Source of the DNA: Octopus vulgaris
Taxonomy: Eukaryota
Length of the DNA stretch: 64,000 bases
Reading direction: 5' to 3'
NCBI GenBank assembly: GCA_951406725.2
Contig: OX597822.1
Span: 90,706,001 to 90,770,000, forward strand
Shown here piece after piece: positions 41,860 to 54,195 of this stretch. The notes beneath the pieces are model-generated. The model saw only the letters and a program-made list of their open reading frames with translations, was not told where the DNA came from and made no database searches. A program made the translations under genes and the position numbers. Within the stretch, counting starts at the first letter, position 1. Each line of letters opens with the position of its first letter.

Positions 41860-43565
41860 CGAAAATAAAGTCCTTCTTACCTCGACTTGCAATCGGGTAC
41901 CTGGCAAATTGTTCAATTCTTAACACGTGTTGTCACGACCTCTTTATCGACACGTTTCGCCTCTGTCGCAGATAGCACGAGAAATAGGGAAACTTTTCTT
42001 CTCTCTCGCCGACATGAAGTCATCTCTCCCCACTTCCGGTCTTCCTTCCACCACATTCAATGCAGTGAGTTTCAGTCTTGTTTTCTGAGGCTGAATCGCT
42101 TCAACATGTAGCTGCATCTTCTCGGTGGTCAGACTAAATGGTCGTCTCTCAGAACCGTTTCGAATCAAACACTCGATTTGACAACGGTATCCTCACTCAT
42201 TTCTACCGTGTGTACTACAGAAACTTGAGATGTTTGAAGTTCATCCCGTTCAAACAGAAGAACAAGAGTGTAGTGTCAGTGAATGCGACCGCTGTCACAG
42301 TAGTAATGTCGGTAACTATGGAAATCGAAATGGTCAGCTCCGTCCAACAACAAAAGCCTCTTGCATTCGGAAGAACTACAGTCCAATAGACAGCATATTC
42401 ACCCTTACAGAGCTTGAATGTTTCTTCTGGGAAGAAACGCGACTGGTGATGTGAAATTAAAACTTCTACCAGTGTATCACTCCGAAAGTCCAAGAGCTTT
42501 CAAGGGTTACTTCTGATTTGGCGCTCAAAAAAGAATGCATAAATTACTAAGATCCTTTTCGAAGAGTGCCAGACATAATATTTCCAACAAAGTATTACTG
42601 CTTTTAAACAATGCACCATGACACTCAGTGAATTAAAATGAATTAAAACCTCTTTGCTCCGGCCAGTAGATCAAGATATAGTAGCTATCTTCAAAGCATA
42701 TCATCTGAGAACTTTCAAACAAGTTATGAAAGAAATTGGCAGGAAGGATAAATCTCTAATTAGAGACTTCTACAAGAAGTTCAACATAATGGTTGCTATG
42801 GATAACATAACTGAGTCTTAAGATGAAATGAAATCCCGCAGCTTTGAATTTTTCTTGTAAAAATACATGGTAAAACTGTTTCGTGATATTTGCAAATGGC
42901 GTCAGATTTGAAACTATAGAAGTCGATGCGGGTGAGTTGCGGATGACCCATAGAAAAACTTTAACAAGAAGCTGGTGTTGTTGAAACAAGAGCAAACTGA
43001 GAATACAAAAATTCCACCTACTCCATATAAATTCGCTGATATTGCTGAAAGGTTGGAACTTTTAGTGGGAGGTCTACAAGTTTTTGCTGATAACCCTAAT
43101 CATGAGTGTTTACAAGAAACTTACAAGAGGGGTTTACAATGAGCTCAGTTCCTAAACTGGGCTATACCAAATGACACATCACAAGCAGCAAACAATTTTG
43201 GGTAAGTTCTTGGTCCCTCTGGTAGATGATGTTGATAAGGAGCTATTCTTCCAATATCTACTATTTTACTAACAACACTCCTTACATATAGTAGTCAGCA
43301 TATTTCACGCTATTATGATATTCCGATTCTTATTTATTCTCTATTGTATTTCCTCTGTTTTATGTATACATATTGTAATATGTATGCTATTTTCACGCAT
43401 TAAAGTGGTCGTATTTTTTTTTTGTGTGTGTGTGTGATGTTGTTGTTTTTCGATACAATCCGTCGAAACACATTATCAACTTATAGCATGAAAATCAATG
43501 GAAAGATTAATTTCGCTTGATAATGAATTTTCATAAACGTTTTCGCAACGCGTAGAGTTCCTATA
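41860..43565 (+). mobile_element. Highly decayed pogo/Tigger-like transposon (bounds approximate)
   Basis: TSLLRPVDQDIVAIFKAYHLR at ~42648-42710 matches the pogo TSxIQPMDQGII..FKA.Y motif. Confidence 0.65.
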
Positions 43566-43626
43566 TAGTTAAAACTGATGATTCTACATAAACCACATAA
43601 AACTGATGGTTCTACATAAAACTGGT

Positions 43627-44078
43627 GGGATCTTTTCGGTTTGAACGGCAGTTTTTAACATAATTTCTAGGTAACTAAAAAAATTTAAACTTCGTATACT
43701 GGTAGAATGTGTTTATAAAATATCTTTTTCTCTTGGCTTTATTGAGAAAATTCTATAGTTTGTAAGATATTTGTTGTTGTTTTCTTCAATTTCTGCAATT
43801 TCAACCAATCACTGACGTCCATTGAGGTAAACAACATTCTGTGCCGTATGAATATGTCCCTCGTTTAAGAAACAGATTGGGTTTATTTACATTTGTGAAG
43901 AAAAAAAAGATACCCTTTTCCCCCATCCCTAACCTTAACCCTAACCCTAATCCTAACCCTAACTAACTCTAACCCTAAAATAGACTGAAATGCAATAGAT
44001 CGATACTAGGGTCATAATTATGGGTGACAATCTCATGACACCGCTAGAAAAAACCGCCGTTCAAACCGAAAAGATCCA
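43627..44078. mobile_element. Telomere-repeat MITE copy 3, 6-bp TSD
   Basis: Same TIRs, longer (CCCTAA)-like tract; TSD ACTGGT at 43621-43626 and 44079-44084. Confidence 0.92.
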
Positions 44079-44577
44079 ACTGGTGGCCCCCACATATATA
44101 ATATGGTTTAAAATGGTGACTTCATATACTTAATAAATCCGAAATTAGTTTCCTTCTTCAAGATCGAAAAACGCTCGATTTCCAATCAGTTGCTAACCTT
44201 CTACAAAGCCAAAGTAAACCTGACCTTGGAAAACTTGTCCTATTTCTGACTATGATTCATTCACACGCCGAATACTACAATATTGAAGAGTTGAGTCCTT
44301 GACTCATTAAATGTCGCTCTCCTAAGCTTTGATTGTTTGACATAGTTGATTTCAACGTTATATTTAACCGGACGCTGTCTTGAACTAAATGCGACTAGAC
44401 TGATATCAAAGTCCTTCCGCTATCATTTGTGCAACCTGGCGTAATCATCATTTCTGTGGCAGTTTCTGCATATTCATTTGATTTTCTTTTCTTTTTTCGT
44501 TATTTAGTTATTTAACTTACTTTAACTTCTCAGACAACACCATTCTGGAACACAGTATCTAATTCATTCATTCGTGT

Positions 44578-44854
44578 GCAAGTATGTATGTATGTATGTA
44601 TGTATGTATGTATGTATGTATGTATGTATGTATGTATGTATGTATGTATGTATGTATGTATGTATGTATGTATGTATGTATGTGTGTGTATGTATGTATG
44701 TATGTATGTATGTATGTATGTATGTATGTATGTATGTATGTATGTATGTATGTATGTGTGTGTGTGTATGTATGTATGTATGTATGTATGTATGTATGTG
44801 TGTGTGTGTATGTATGTACATATGTATGTGTGTGTGTATGTATGTATGTATGTA

Positions 44855-44885
<31 letters not shown>

Positions 44886-45894
44886 ATGTATGTATGTATG
44901 TATGTATGTATGTATGTGTGTGTGTATGTATGTATGTATGTATGTATGTGTGTGTATGTATGTATGAAAGTATGTATATATGCGTGTGTGTATGTATGTG
45001 TGTGTATGTATGTATGTATGTATGTATGTGTGTGTGTATGTATGTGTGTATGTATGTATGTATGTATGTATGTATGTATGTATGTATGTATGTGTGTGTG
45101 TGTATGTATGTATGTATGTATGTGTGTGTATGTATGTATGAAAGTATGTATATATGCGTGTGTGTATGTATGTGTGTGTATGTATGTATGTATGTATGTG
45201 TGTGTGTATGTATGCATGTATGTATGTATGTGTGTGTGTATGTATGTATATATGTATGTGTGTGTGCATGTATGTATGTATGTGTGTATGTGTGTGTGTA
45301 TGTATGTATGTATGTATGTGTGTGTGTATGTATGTATGTATGTGTGTGTGTGTGTATGTGTGTGTATGTATGTATGTGTGTGTATGTATGTATGTATGTA
45401 TGTATGCGTGTGTGTATGTATGTATGTATGTATGTATGTGTGTGTATGTATGTATATGTGTGTGTGTGTATGTATGTATGTATGTATGTATGTATGTTGT
45501 ATGTATGTATGTATGTATGTATGTGTGTATGTATGTGTGTGTGTGCATGTATGTATGTATGTATGTGTGTATGTGTGTGTATGTATGTATGTATGTATGT
45601 ATGTATGTATATATGTATGTATGTATAATGAAACTTGGAGATCCAAAAGTTAAACACACAGACACACACAGATACACACAAGTTGAGTTTTATATATATA
45701 GATATATGTATATATAGATGTATGTATGTATGTATGTATGTATGTATGTATGTATGTATGTATGTATGTATGTATGTGTGTGTATGTGTATGTATGTATG
45801 TATATATGTATGTATGTATAATGAAACTTGGAGATCCAAAAGTTAAACACACAGACACACACAGATACACACAAGTTGAGTTTTATATATATAG

Positions 45895-45927
<33 letters not shown>

Positions 45928-46196
45928 TGTATGTATGTATGTATGTATGTATGTATGTATGTATGTATGTATGTATGTATGTATGTATGTATGTATGTGT
46001 GTGTGTGTATGTATGTATGTATGTATGCATGTATGTATGTATGTATGTATGTGTGTGTATGTATGTATGTATGTGTGTGCATGTATGTATGTATGTATGT
46101 ATGTATGTATGTATGTATGTATGTATGTATGTATGTATGTGTGTGTGCATGTATGTATGTACGTATGTATGTGTGTACCAAATTATGCATTTATAC

Positions 46197-46262
<66 letters not shown>

Positions 46263-46275
46263 GTGTGTGTTTGTG
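44578..46275. repeat. 1.7-kb (TATG)n/(TG)n array with internal higher-order duplications
   Basis: Unique ~85-bp island ATAATGAAACTTGGAGATCC.. present twice (~45625, ~45818); GAAAGTATGTATATATGCGTG marker present twice (~44966, ~45140). Confidence 0.95.
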
Positions 46276-46578
46276 TGCTCCTGTCTGTGTATACACACAT
46301 ACAGATTTGGAAAAAAGTGCGCGTGTGTAAGGGCGGTGACGAAAAGTATTGCAAGACAGGAAAAGCCAGGAAGTTGAGTAAGAGAAACAGGTTCTGAAGT
46401 GATTGACATATTGACATGTGAAAAGGAGAAAATTTAGGAAAGCGACAGAGATCATGCGGAACGAAGAAGGAAAGAGAAAACGAAAAAACGTGTACTAGAT
46501 AAGGCACTATATTTCATTAAGTTAAAAGAGAAAGTAAAATAGATTCGAAGTGGTAACATTTAAGTATTATACTTATAA

Positions 46579-47279
46579 GCCGGCGAGCTGGCAGAAACGT
46601 TAGCACGCCGGGCGAAATGCGTAGCCGTATTTCGTCTGTCTTTACGTTCCGAGTTCAAATTCCGCCGAGGTCGACTTTGCCTTTCATCCTTTCGGGGTCG
46701 ATAAAGCACCAGTTTCGTACTGGAGTCGATGTTTGTCCCCTCTATGTTTAGCCCCACCTGTAGGCAGTAAAGAAATACACTGATTTCGAATTATGGCACA
46801 AGACCAGCATCTTCGGGTGAGTGGGGAAGTCGATTTCATCGATCCTCAGTATTCAACTGACTCTTACTTTATAGACCCCCACCCCGAAAGAATGAAAGGC
46901 AAAGTCGACCTTGGTGGAATTTGGACTCAGAAGAACAATTAAGTACTTATTTCAGCTGTGGAAAGGACTCTTATTGATATTTTCAATATTGGCACAATGT
47001 AATTTTAGGAGTAAGGAATAGTCAATGGAACTGACCCATTGGTTTGGCGGCGAGCTGGCAGAAACGTTAGCACGCCGGGCGAAATGCTTTGCAGTATTTC
47101 GCCGGCCGCTACGTTCTGAGTTCAAATTCTGCCGAGGCCGACTTTGCCTTTCATCCTTTCGGGGTCGATTAAATAAGTACCAGTTACGCACTAGGGTCAA
47201 TATAATCGACTTCATCCGTTTGTCTGTCCTTGTTTGTTCTCTCTGTGTTTAGCCCCTTGTGGGTAGTAAAGAAATAGGT
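46579..47279. mobile_element. Three SINE family A copies (46579-46778 +, 46782-46932 -, 47046-47279 +)
   Basis: GGCGAGCTGGCAGAAACGTTAGCACGCCGGGCGAAATGC heads and shared body. Confidence 0.85.
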
Positions 47280-48097
47280 TAGTACTCTATTTGATCGAAC
47301 CAGGAAATTGACCACAGCGATATTTGAATTAGGAACGTAACGAGGCGTAACTCGAATGTATTTGTCAGGCGCTCTACCAATTCTGCAAAACCACCGTACT
47401 TATTTCGATAGAGAATGTACGAGGTCGGAAAGCAGATTATCCAGAAAGCTGCTGCTAATCCGTGTAAACTGTTACAACGAGAAGAGGCACGGCGAAATAT
47501 CGAGGGCAGTGAAATGAAAGAAAATGAATTGTTCACTGTATAGTGAAACTTTCGACTGGAATGCGTCAGACACATGGAGAAACAAAAGAGAGAAAAACGT
47601 AGAGGTTATAAAGAGAGCGAGAGGAGAGAGAAAATAGTGTATGAACAAGGAAGAGAGAGAGAGAGAGTGAGAAAGAGACGAAGTGTTTAAAAATGAGAGT
47701 GGGGAGAAGATCGTATGTGAGCGAGGAAATGTAAGAGAGAAAGAGGAATGGAGAGAGAGAGAGAGAGAGAGAAAAACGAAAGGGTTAAAAAAAAGAGAGA
47801 AGCGGGAGAAAGTAGTGTGTGAGCGAGGAAGAGAACGAGAGAAAGAGATAGAGACAGTAAGAAAGAGAGAAAGAGAGAGTAAAAAAGAGAAAGAGAGAAA
47901 AGAGAGGGCAGAAAATGGAAGCGGTTAAAAAAGAGAGGGGAGAAAGAAAATTGTATGTGAGCGAGGAAGAGAGAGAAATATGGAAGGAGAGAGAGAGTGT
48001 GAGAAAGAGAGAGGGGAGAGAGAGGGAGAGAGAGGAAGAGAAAGAGAGATAGAGAGATAGAGAGAGTGTGTGTTGTTGAATGAATTTCGTTTTAATA

Positions 48098-48185
48098 GGC
48101 TCCGCCCATTTCGCCGCGAAACATGTTGAAACTTGCTCGAATCTGAACTATAAAAGTGACGACCCCCGCGAAAGTACTCACTCTA
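48098..48185 (+). promoter_or_regulatory. Promoter of the bZIP gene: GC box, E2F-like site, p53-like element, TATA box, initiator
   Basis: GGCTCCGCCC 48098-48107; TTTCGCCGCGAAA 48109-48121; AAACATGTTG AAACTTGCTC 48119-48138; TATAAAAG 48149-48156; TCA(+1)CT with A at 48180, 31 bp after the TATA start. Confidence 0.8.
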
Positions 48186-48245
48186 CTGTTTTGCTTATCG
48201 GCTGACGTTCGTGTCTCTCGTTTACACACACACTAAAACAAACAA

Positions 48246-48479
48246 ATGGAAGACGAAACACATTTGGATCATTCAGAATCAATGCTGGAAGAAAATTCTC
48301 TTTATTTACCAAGTGTGACTGACTTGGACACTGATGTGAAGAAAACAGCGGATATCTGTGTGAAAAACAACAGCCTTTTACCAATGATTAAGCTTGAGTT
48401 AAAATCTAAATTGCAACTCAAAAGACACCGAAACGGGCAAAGCTTGGACATTGACGCTGAACCTAAACCGGAATATAAG
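48246..48479 (+). CDS. ATF3/JDP2-like bZIP transcription factor, coding exon 1 (78 codons)
   Basis: ATG in CAAATGG context; LLPMIKLELKSKLQLKR resembles the ATF3 KEELRFAIQNK motif; donor AAG|GTATGT, phase 0. Confidence 0.82.
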
Positions 48480-48495
48480 GTATGTTGCTTTACGT

Positions 48496-48540
<45 letters not shown>

Positions 48541-48820
48541 CACACACATATATATATTTACACACATCTATCCGTACACACACACATGCATATATATATA
48601 TATCTTTTCCTTGTTTCAGTCATTAGACTGCGGCCATGCTGGAGCACCGACTTGAATTTTTTTTTTTTAGTCGAATGAAGCGACTCCAGTACTTATTTAA
48701 AATCTGGTGCTTGGTCTTTTTGCCGAACTGTTAAGTTACGGGGACATAAACACACCAAAACCGGTTGTCAAGTGGTGGTGGGACACGCTCACATACATAT
48801 ATATATATACACACACATAG

Positions 48821-48881
<61 letters not shown>

Positions 48882-49734
48882 CGGGTTTCTTTCTTTCCTT
48901 CAGTTTCCGTGTACCATATCCACTCACAAGGTTTTGGTCGGCCCGAGGCTATGGAAAAATACACTTGCCTAAGGTGCCATGCACTGGGACTGAACCTGGA
49001 ACGATGTTGTTAGGAATCAAACTTCTTCATCTATCTATCTATACATACATACATACATACATACATACATACATACATACATACATACATACATACATAC
49101 ATACATACATACATACATGCGTGTGTGCCACACACATGCTTCGCCCCAAACCTCAAATAAAACTTAGAAAAGTTGGATTATTTGTATATAAATAATTATA
49201 GCAAAACATCTGACAGGAGATAATTCCATTTATCAGAATCAATCGTAAGAAATATCACTTCGGCACAATCAGATTTGGTCAAACTGGTTAAAAAAAAAAA
49301 AAAAAAAAAAAGACAGAGAGAGAGGAAAAAAGATCGAAAACTGATCGAAAATTGCTCTTCAAAGAATGCAACTAGAAATTGTAGGTATGACGTAGTATGC
49401 AGCTGGTCTTAGCAACCACGTGATTCATTAGATTTTTGGATTTTGTTGGTGACCAATGTTTTGGTTTAACATGCTTTGGAAGTGCAACACTCCTATGCAC
49501 ACACACACACTTATAGGTGTGTGTGTGTATCTTTATTTTATTTTTTCTCAGTGGACTCTGGTCATACTGGGGCACTGTCTTGAAGAATTTTAGTCAAATG
49601 AAGCGACTCCAGTACTTATGTTTTGAAGCCTGGTACTTATTCTATCGATGTTTTTGCCGCTCCTTTCAAGAGGTTGACAAGCCAATACCAGTTGTCAAGC
49701 GGTGGTGGACAAACATAAAAACACACACACACAC

Positions 49735-49773
<39 letters not shown>

Positions 49774-49805
49774 CATTATTATTATTGTTATTGTTGTTAT
49801 TATTA

Positions 49806-49836
<31 letters not shown>

Positions 49837-49871
49837 CATTATTATTATTATTATCATTATCATTATTATTA

Positions 49872-49918
<47 letters not shown>

Positions 49919-50044
49919 TTTCTGCCTTCCATCCTTTCACGGTCGAAAAATTAAGTACCAGTGAAACACTGGGGATCGATGTAATTGACTAGTCCCCCTC
50001 CCCTCAAAATTTCAGGCTTTGAGCCTTTACTAGAAACGATTATT

Positions 50045-50079
<35 letters not shown>

Positions 50080-50118
50080 AAACAGTTTGATTTCGACCTT
50101 TTCTGACATGTGTGTATG

Positions 50119-50178
<60 letters not shown>

Positions 50179-50403
50179 CACATATATATATATGGTGGGC
50201 TTCTTCTGGTTTCTGTCTACCAAATCCACATTCATTTTTTTTTTTGGGAATTGGATCTCGAAGTACATATAAAGCTATAAATAATAGTATGTAAATATTG
50301 CACAGACAAGAGTTGTGGATTCAAGTCTCACAGGCAACCTTTGACTTTTATTTTATTCAAAAAGGGTTTTTCAATCTAATATTTACATGGTATTATTTAT
50401 ATC

Positions 50404-50449
<46 letters not shown>

Positions 50450-50634
50450 GATTCAGTTAAAAAAAAAAATTATTATTTAATGTTCTCTCAAAAGTTTATA
50501 AATTCTTATGATGTCAACTATGTATGTATTTATATATATTTGTAGCCACTTTAACATGGCTGTCCGTTCAAGCAGACTCTACTGCGATTTTTTAACCCCA
50601 AGAGGACATCTCCTAGCTGGTTAACAATGTACAG

Positions 50635-50684
<50 letters not shown>

Positions 50685-50791
50685 TGTGTGTAAAACTGTG
50701 TTTATGTGTGTGTATATGTACATATATATGTGTGTATATATATGCATAATGTATTTATATATATCTATATGTATATATTTGTAAAAAACAG

Positions 50792-50845
<54 letters not shown>

Positions 50846-50946
50846 GTATGTATGTATGTATGTATGTATGTATGTATATCATAATAACAGTTGGATGTTA
50901 TTCAAATTTTTTTTTTATCTCCTTTATTTCTTTTTTATATTTTCAG

Positions 50947-51054
50947 ATGTCTCCTTCAGAAATACAACGAAGAAATGAAATGAAGAATAGAAATAAAGTT
51001 GCTGCCAAGAAATATCGTGATAAACAAAGGATGAAGAAATATGAAAATGAAATG
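50947..51054 (+). CDS. ATF3/JDP2-like bZIP, exon 2 (basic region, 36 codons)
   Basis: Polypyrimidine tract + TTTCAG|; MSPSEIQRRNEMKNRNKVAAKKYRDKQR (N-x2-AA-x3-R signature); donor |GTCAGT, phase 0. Confidence 0.88.
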
Positions 51055-51588
51055 GTCAGTGAATAGATTTTGTTGTAAATTGAAATGATTATGTTGTTTA
51101 TTATGGTGTATTTAAGAAGTTTTTAACAAAATGAACCAGCTTTTGTATTTCAAAATGCAATTTTCTCTAATCCAAGGGATTCATAAATGTAAAGTAAATA
51201 TACCCTCTATTTTGCTTTATATATGTTGTTAATACTTTTTGGTGTGATATGAGCCTTTTCCAAAGTATCTGGAGTTATATAGAAGCAAAGTAAAAACCTT
51301 TTGGAATTTGGAGTTTACACAATTAATCAGTATATACACAGGTGGTTGAATTGAGAATGTTTCAAATTATGAGATAAGAGGTTTATATCTCATTGTTAAC
51401 ATTCCACTGTAATTAGCCAGCTGTCTCTTACTTTAATTAATGAAGATTTTGTTAATTTCAAGTGCCAGACCTGGTGATAAAAAATTTCAATCAACTCACT
51501 GAAAAAAAAGAAACCCAGAAAAATAACTAAACTCAATATGAACAAGTAACAACTGGGTTATTTCAAACAATTTTCTTTTATATTGCAG

Positions 51589-51711
51589 GTGCTGGAAGAA
51601 CTGACAACCAAGAATAGTAATCTAAAGCAGTTATACCAAGAAATGTTGTCAATGCTTATGGATCTGAAGGCTCAAGAGAATCCTGTTGTTAAAGCGGAAC
51701 CACATCCATGA
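51589..51711 (+). CDS. ATF3/JDP2-like bZIP, exon 3 (leucine zipper, 40 codons + TGA)
   Basis: TTGCAG|GTG; VLEELTTKNSNLKQLYQEMLSMLMDLK with L-L-M-L heptad spacing and the conserved a-position Asn, in register with the basic region. Confidence 0.85.
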   Translation: MLEELTTKNSNLKQLYQEMLSMLMDLKAQENPVVKAEPHP

Positions 51712-52315
51712 AGAAAGAATCAGTCAAGATGAACTCTGAAAATAACCTTATATGGTTTTTATGATAAGATATAAAACCCAAGTAGAAGTAATTGATTCTT
51801 GATATACATTCCTACAGGAATGTCATTGAATTCTATACAATACTTCTACTGAGAATAAAGATGTTTTGCGGAAGCTAATTGACACTGGATCTCTCTTGTT
51901 TAAACCTGAAACAAGAATGAGATTATTACCTGGCTGGTGGCACATATCCCAATATTCACCTTCTCAATTACCAATACAGTCCTTTTTTGGTCATTTGTAA
52001 TATAAAGCATAAACGAACAAAAATAGTATCATCCATGGTAACGGTAAAATTGTTGATGAAATATTGTGGATAAAATGAGAATTACTGAGTGATGGTTACT
52101 AAAATGTTGATGGAATAAATAAATACTTATTCATTCCATTCTCTACCAGAAAATTGCCATAGTACAATGGCTACAGACCGTGCGCTTTGGGCTATGTTTT
52201 TACTTTTGAATCTGATTGTAAAATTTGAGTTGGAGATGAATTGTTTATATTATGAGACAGTTCGATTTTGTTAAAGTAATGAAAATTTTATAAACATATT
52301 TTGTCATTACTTATG

Positions 52316-52321
52316 AATAAA
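52316..52321 (+). terminator. Candidate polyadenylation signal (alternatives at 51854 and 52114)
   Basis: AATAAA followed by a GT-rich stretch, at the end of the repeat-free region after the stop codon. Confidence 0.5.
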
Positions 52322-52387
52322 AAAAACTTTAAAACTTCTGTTGATGTGAGCGTCATTATTTAATACATACAACACACACATATGCTT

Positions 52388-52427
<40 letters not shown>

Positions 52428-52571
52428 TGTGTAACACATAAAAGTATTAGTTTATTTCAATATTGTAAAATTGTAAAAATTGCAAATAATAAAACATCAA
52501 AAGTTGGAATTTCATTGATTGAGATATATATATACACACACATACATACACACACACATATATATATACAT

Positions 52572-52623
<52 letters not shown>

Positions 52624-52672
52624 GCATATTCTTTCATGCATCTATCTATCTATGTGCGCACGTGTGAGTGAA

Positions 52673-52707
<35 letters not shown>

Positions 52708-52929
52708 ATGTATGTATGTATATATATATATATAAGTTCATGCTAATGTTCCAAGAGTCCAACATATTCCTGTGCATGAATTTGGATGAGAGAACGTGGT
52801 CAAGATGTTGATGGTAAAGAGCAGTAAGTATGGAGTTACGTGGTTGGGTGTTAAATCTGGCGGTGTTATGAAGCCTGATGTTAAAAAGAGGGTGGAATTA
52901 ATGATTCTTAGTGTTGGCAAGAATGTCGA

Positions 52930-54195
52930 AAAGCAAAACAATTGGACGAGGAATGGAATGAAATTTAATAGTATTTTAGAATGTCTAATGGAATTAAAAT
53001 TATTTTTATGTATTTGTGTACAGTTAAACTAATTAAATATTATTTTACAGAATAATAGAATTAAAATTTCTTTAATTAAACCCCTTTCTAACATGGAAGT
53101 ATCCAGAGAGTATTTTAGGCACGTAATGCTTTATGAGTACAAAAAAGGAAACTCTGTAATCGAAGCGACTCGAAACATACACTCAGTTTATGGGAAAGAA
53201 TGCTTGAATGAAAGAACTTGAAGAAGATGGTTTGAAAAATTCAGAAGGGGAGATTTCAACCTTGAAGATGAAGATCGAACAGGACGTCTAGTTGAGTTTG
53301 ATGATAAGCTCCTTGAGGCATTACTTAAAGAAAATCCTGCATTATAAGTTGAAAAATTGGCAATAAAGCTTAGTTCAAACCATACAACTGTTCATCGTCA
53401 TCTTCAATAACTTAGAAACGTTCCTCAACTTGGAAAATGGGTGCTTCATGAATTGTCCGAAAGCAACTGCAAATCCCGAGTTGACATCTGCCCTTCTTTC
53501 CATTCTCGCAAACTCATTTCACCCTTTTTGGATAGACTTGTGACTGGTGATGAAAAATGGATCTTCTATCGAAATGTTAAACGTCGTTAACAGTGGCTTG
53601 GTAAAAAGAGAAAAAGCTCAACCACAACCGAGAAGGGAACTTCACGGAAAAAAAGGTTCTTCTCTGTCTGGTGGGATTGCAAAGGAGTAATTCACTTTGA
53701 ATTGTTACCACCTAATGCAACAATCAATGCTCAAGTCTATTGTCAGTAATTAGAGCGTTTGAACCAAGCTTTGAAGGAAAAAGACCAGCTTTAGTGAATA
53801 GAAAAGGAGCGATGTTTCATTAGGACAATGCGCGACCCCACACTGCAAAGATCACATCACAGAAGATCGAAGAGATTGGTTGGGGAAAAATTCCTCATCC
53901 ACCTTATTCTCCCTACCTTGCTCCTTCAGACTACTATTTGTTTCGCAGTTTACAGAATCATTTGGGGGATGTAACTTTCGCAAGCTAGGAGGAGATCGAA
54001 ACTGACATTTCAGAGTTCATCGCTTTGAAACCAAAAGAGTTTTACATTGATAGGATTAAAAAGCTTGTAAATAGATGGAAGGAAGTCATAGATAAACAGG
54101 GAAAGTACATTGATGGTTAATTTTCAATTAAATATAACATTTGATCACTTGTTTTCTTTATTCAAAATTCAGACAGAACTTATGGGATAACCTGA
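52930..54195 (+). mobile_element. Second mariner (DD34D) family, transposase pseudogene from ATG 53094; left TIR not seen
   Basis: RRWFEKFRRGDFNLEDEDRTGR, WVLHEL, TGDEKW, DNARPH, PPYSPYLAPSDYYLF; right TIR GAACTTATGGGATAACCTGA|TA. Confidence 0.9.

Noticed and set aside
44530-46507. Long ORFs (up to 446 aa) of HTYI/MYVC repeats
   Set aside because: Translations of stop-free (TATG)n/(CA)n microsatellite; same for the YI, II, CV and ER ORFs elsewhere.
48246-48497. Single-exon 83-aa protein
   Set aside because: Donor at 48480 and in-phase downstream exons complete a bZIP domain.
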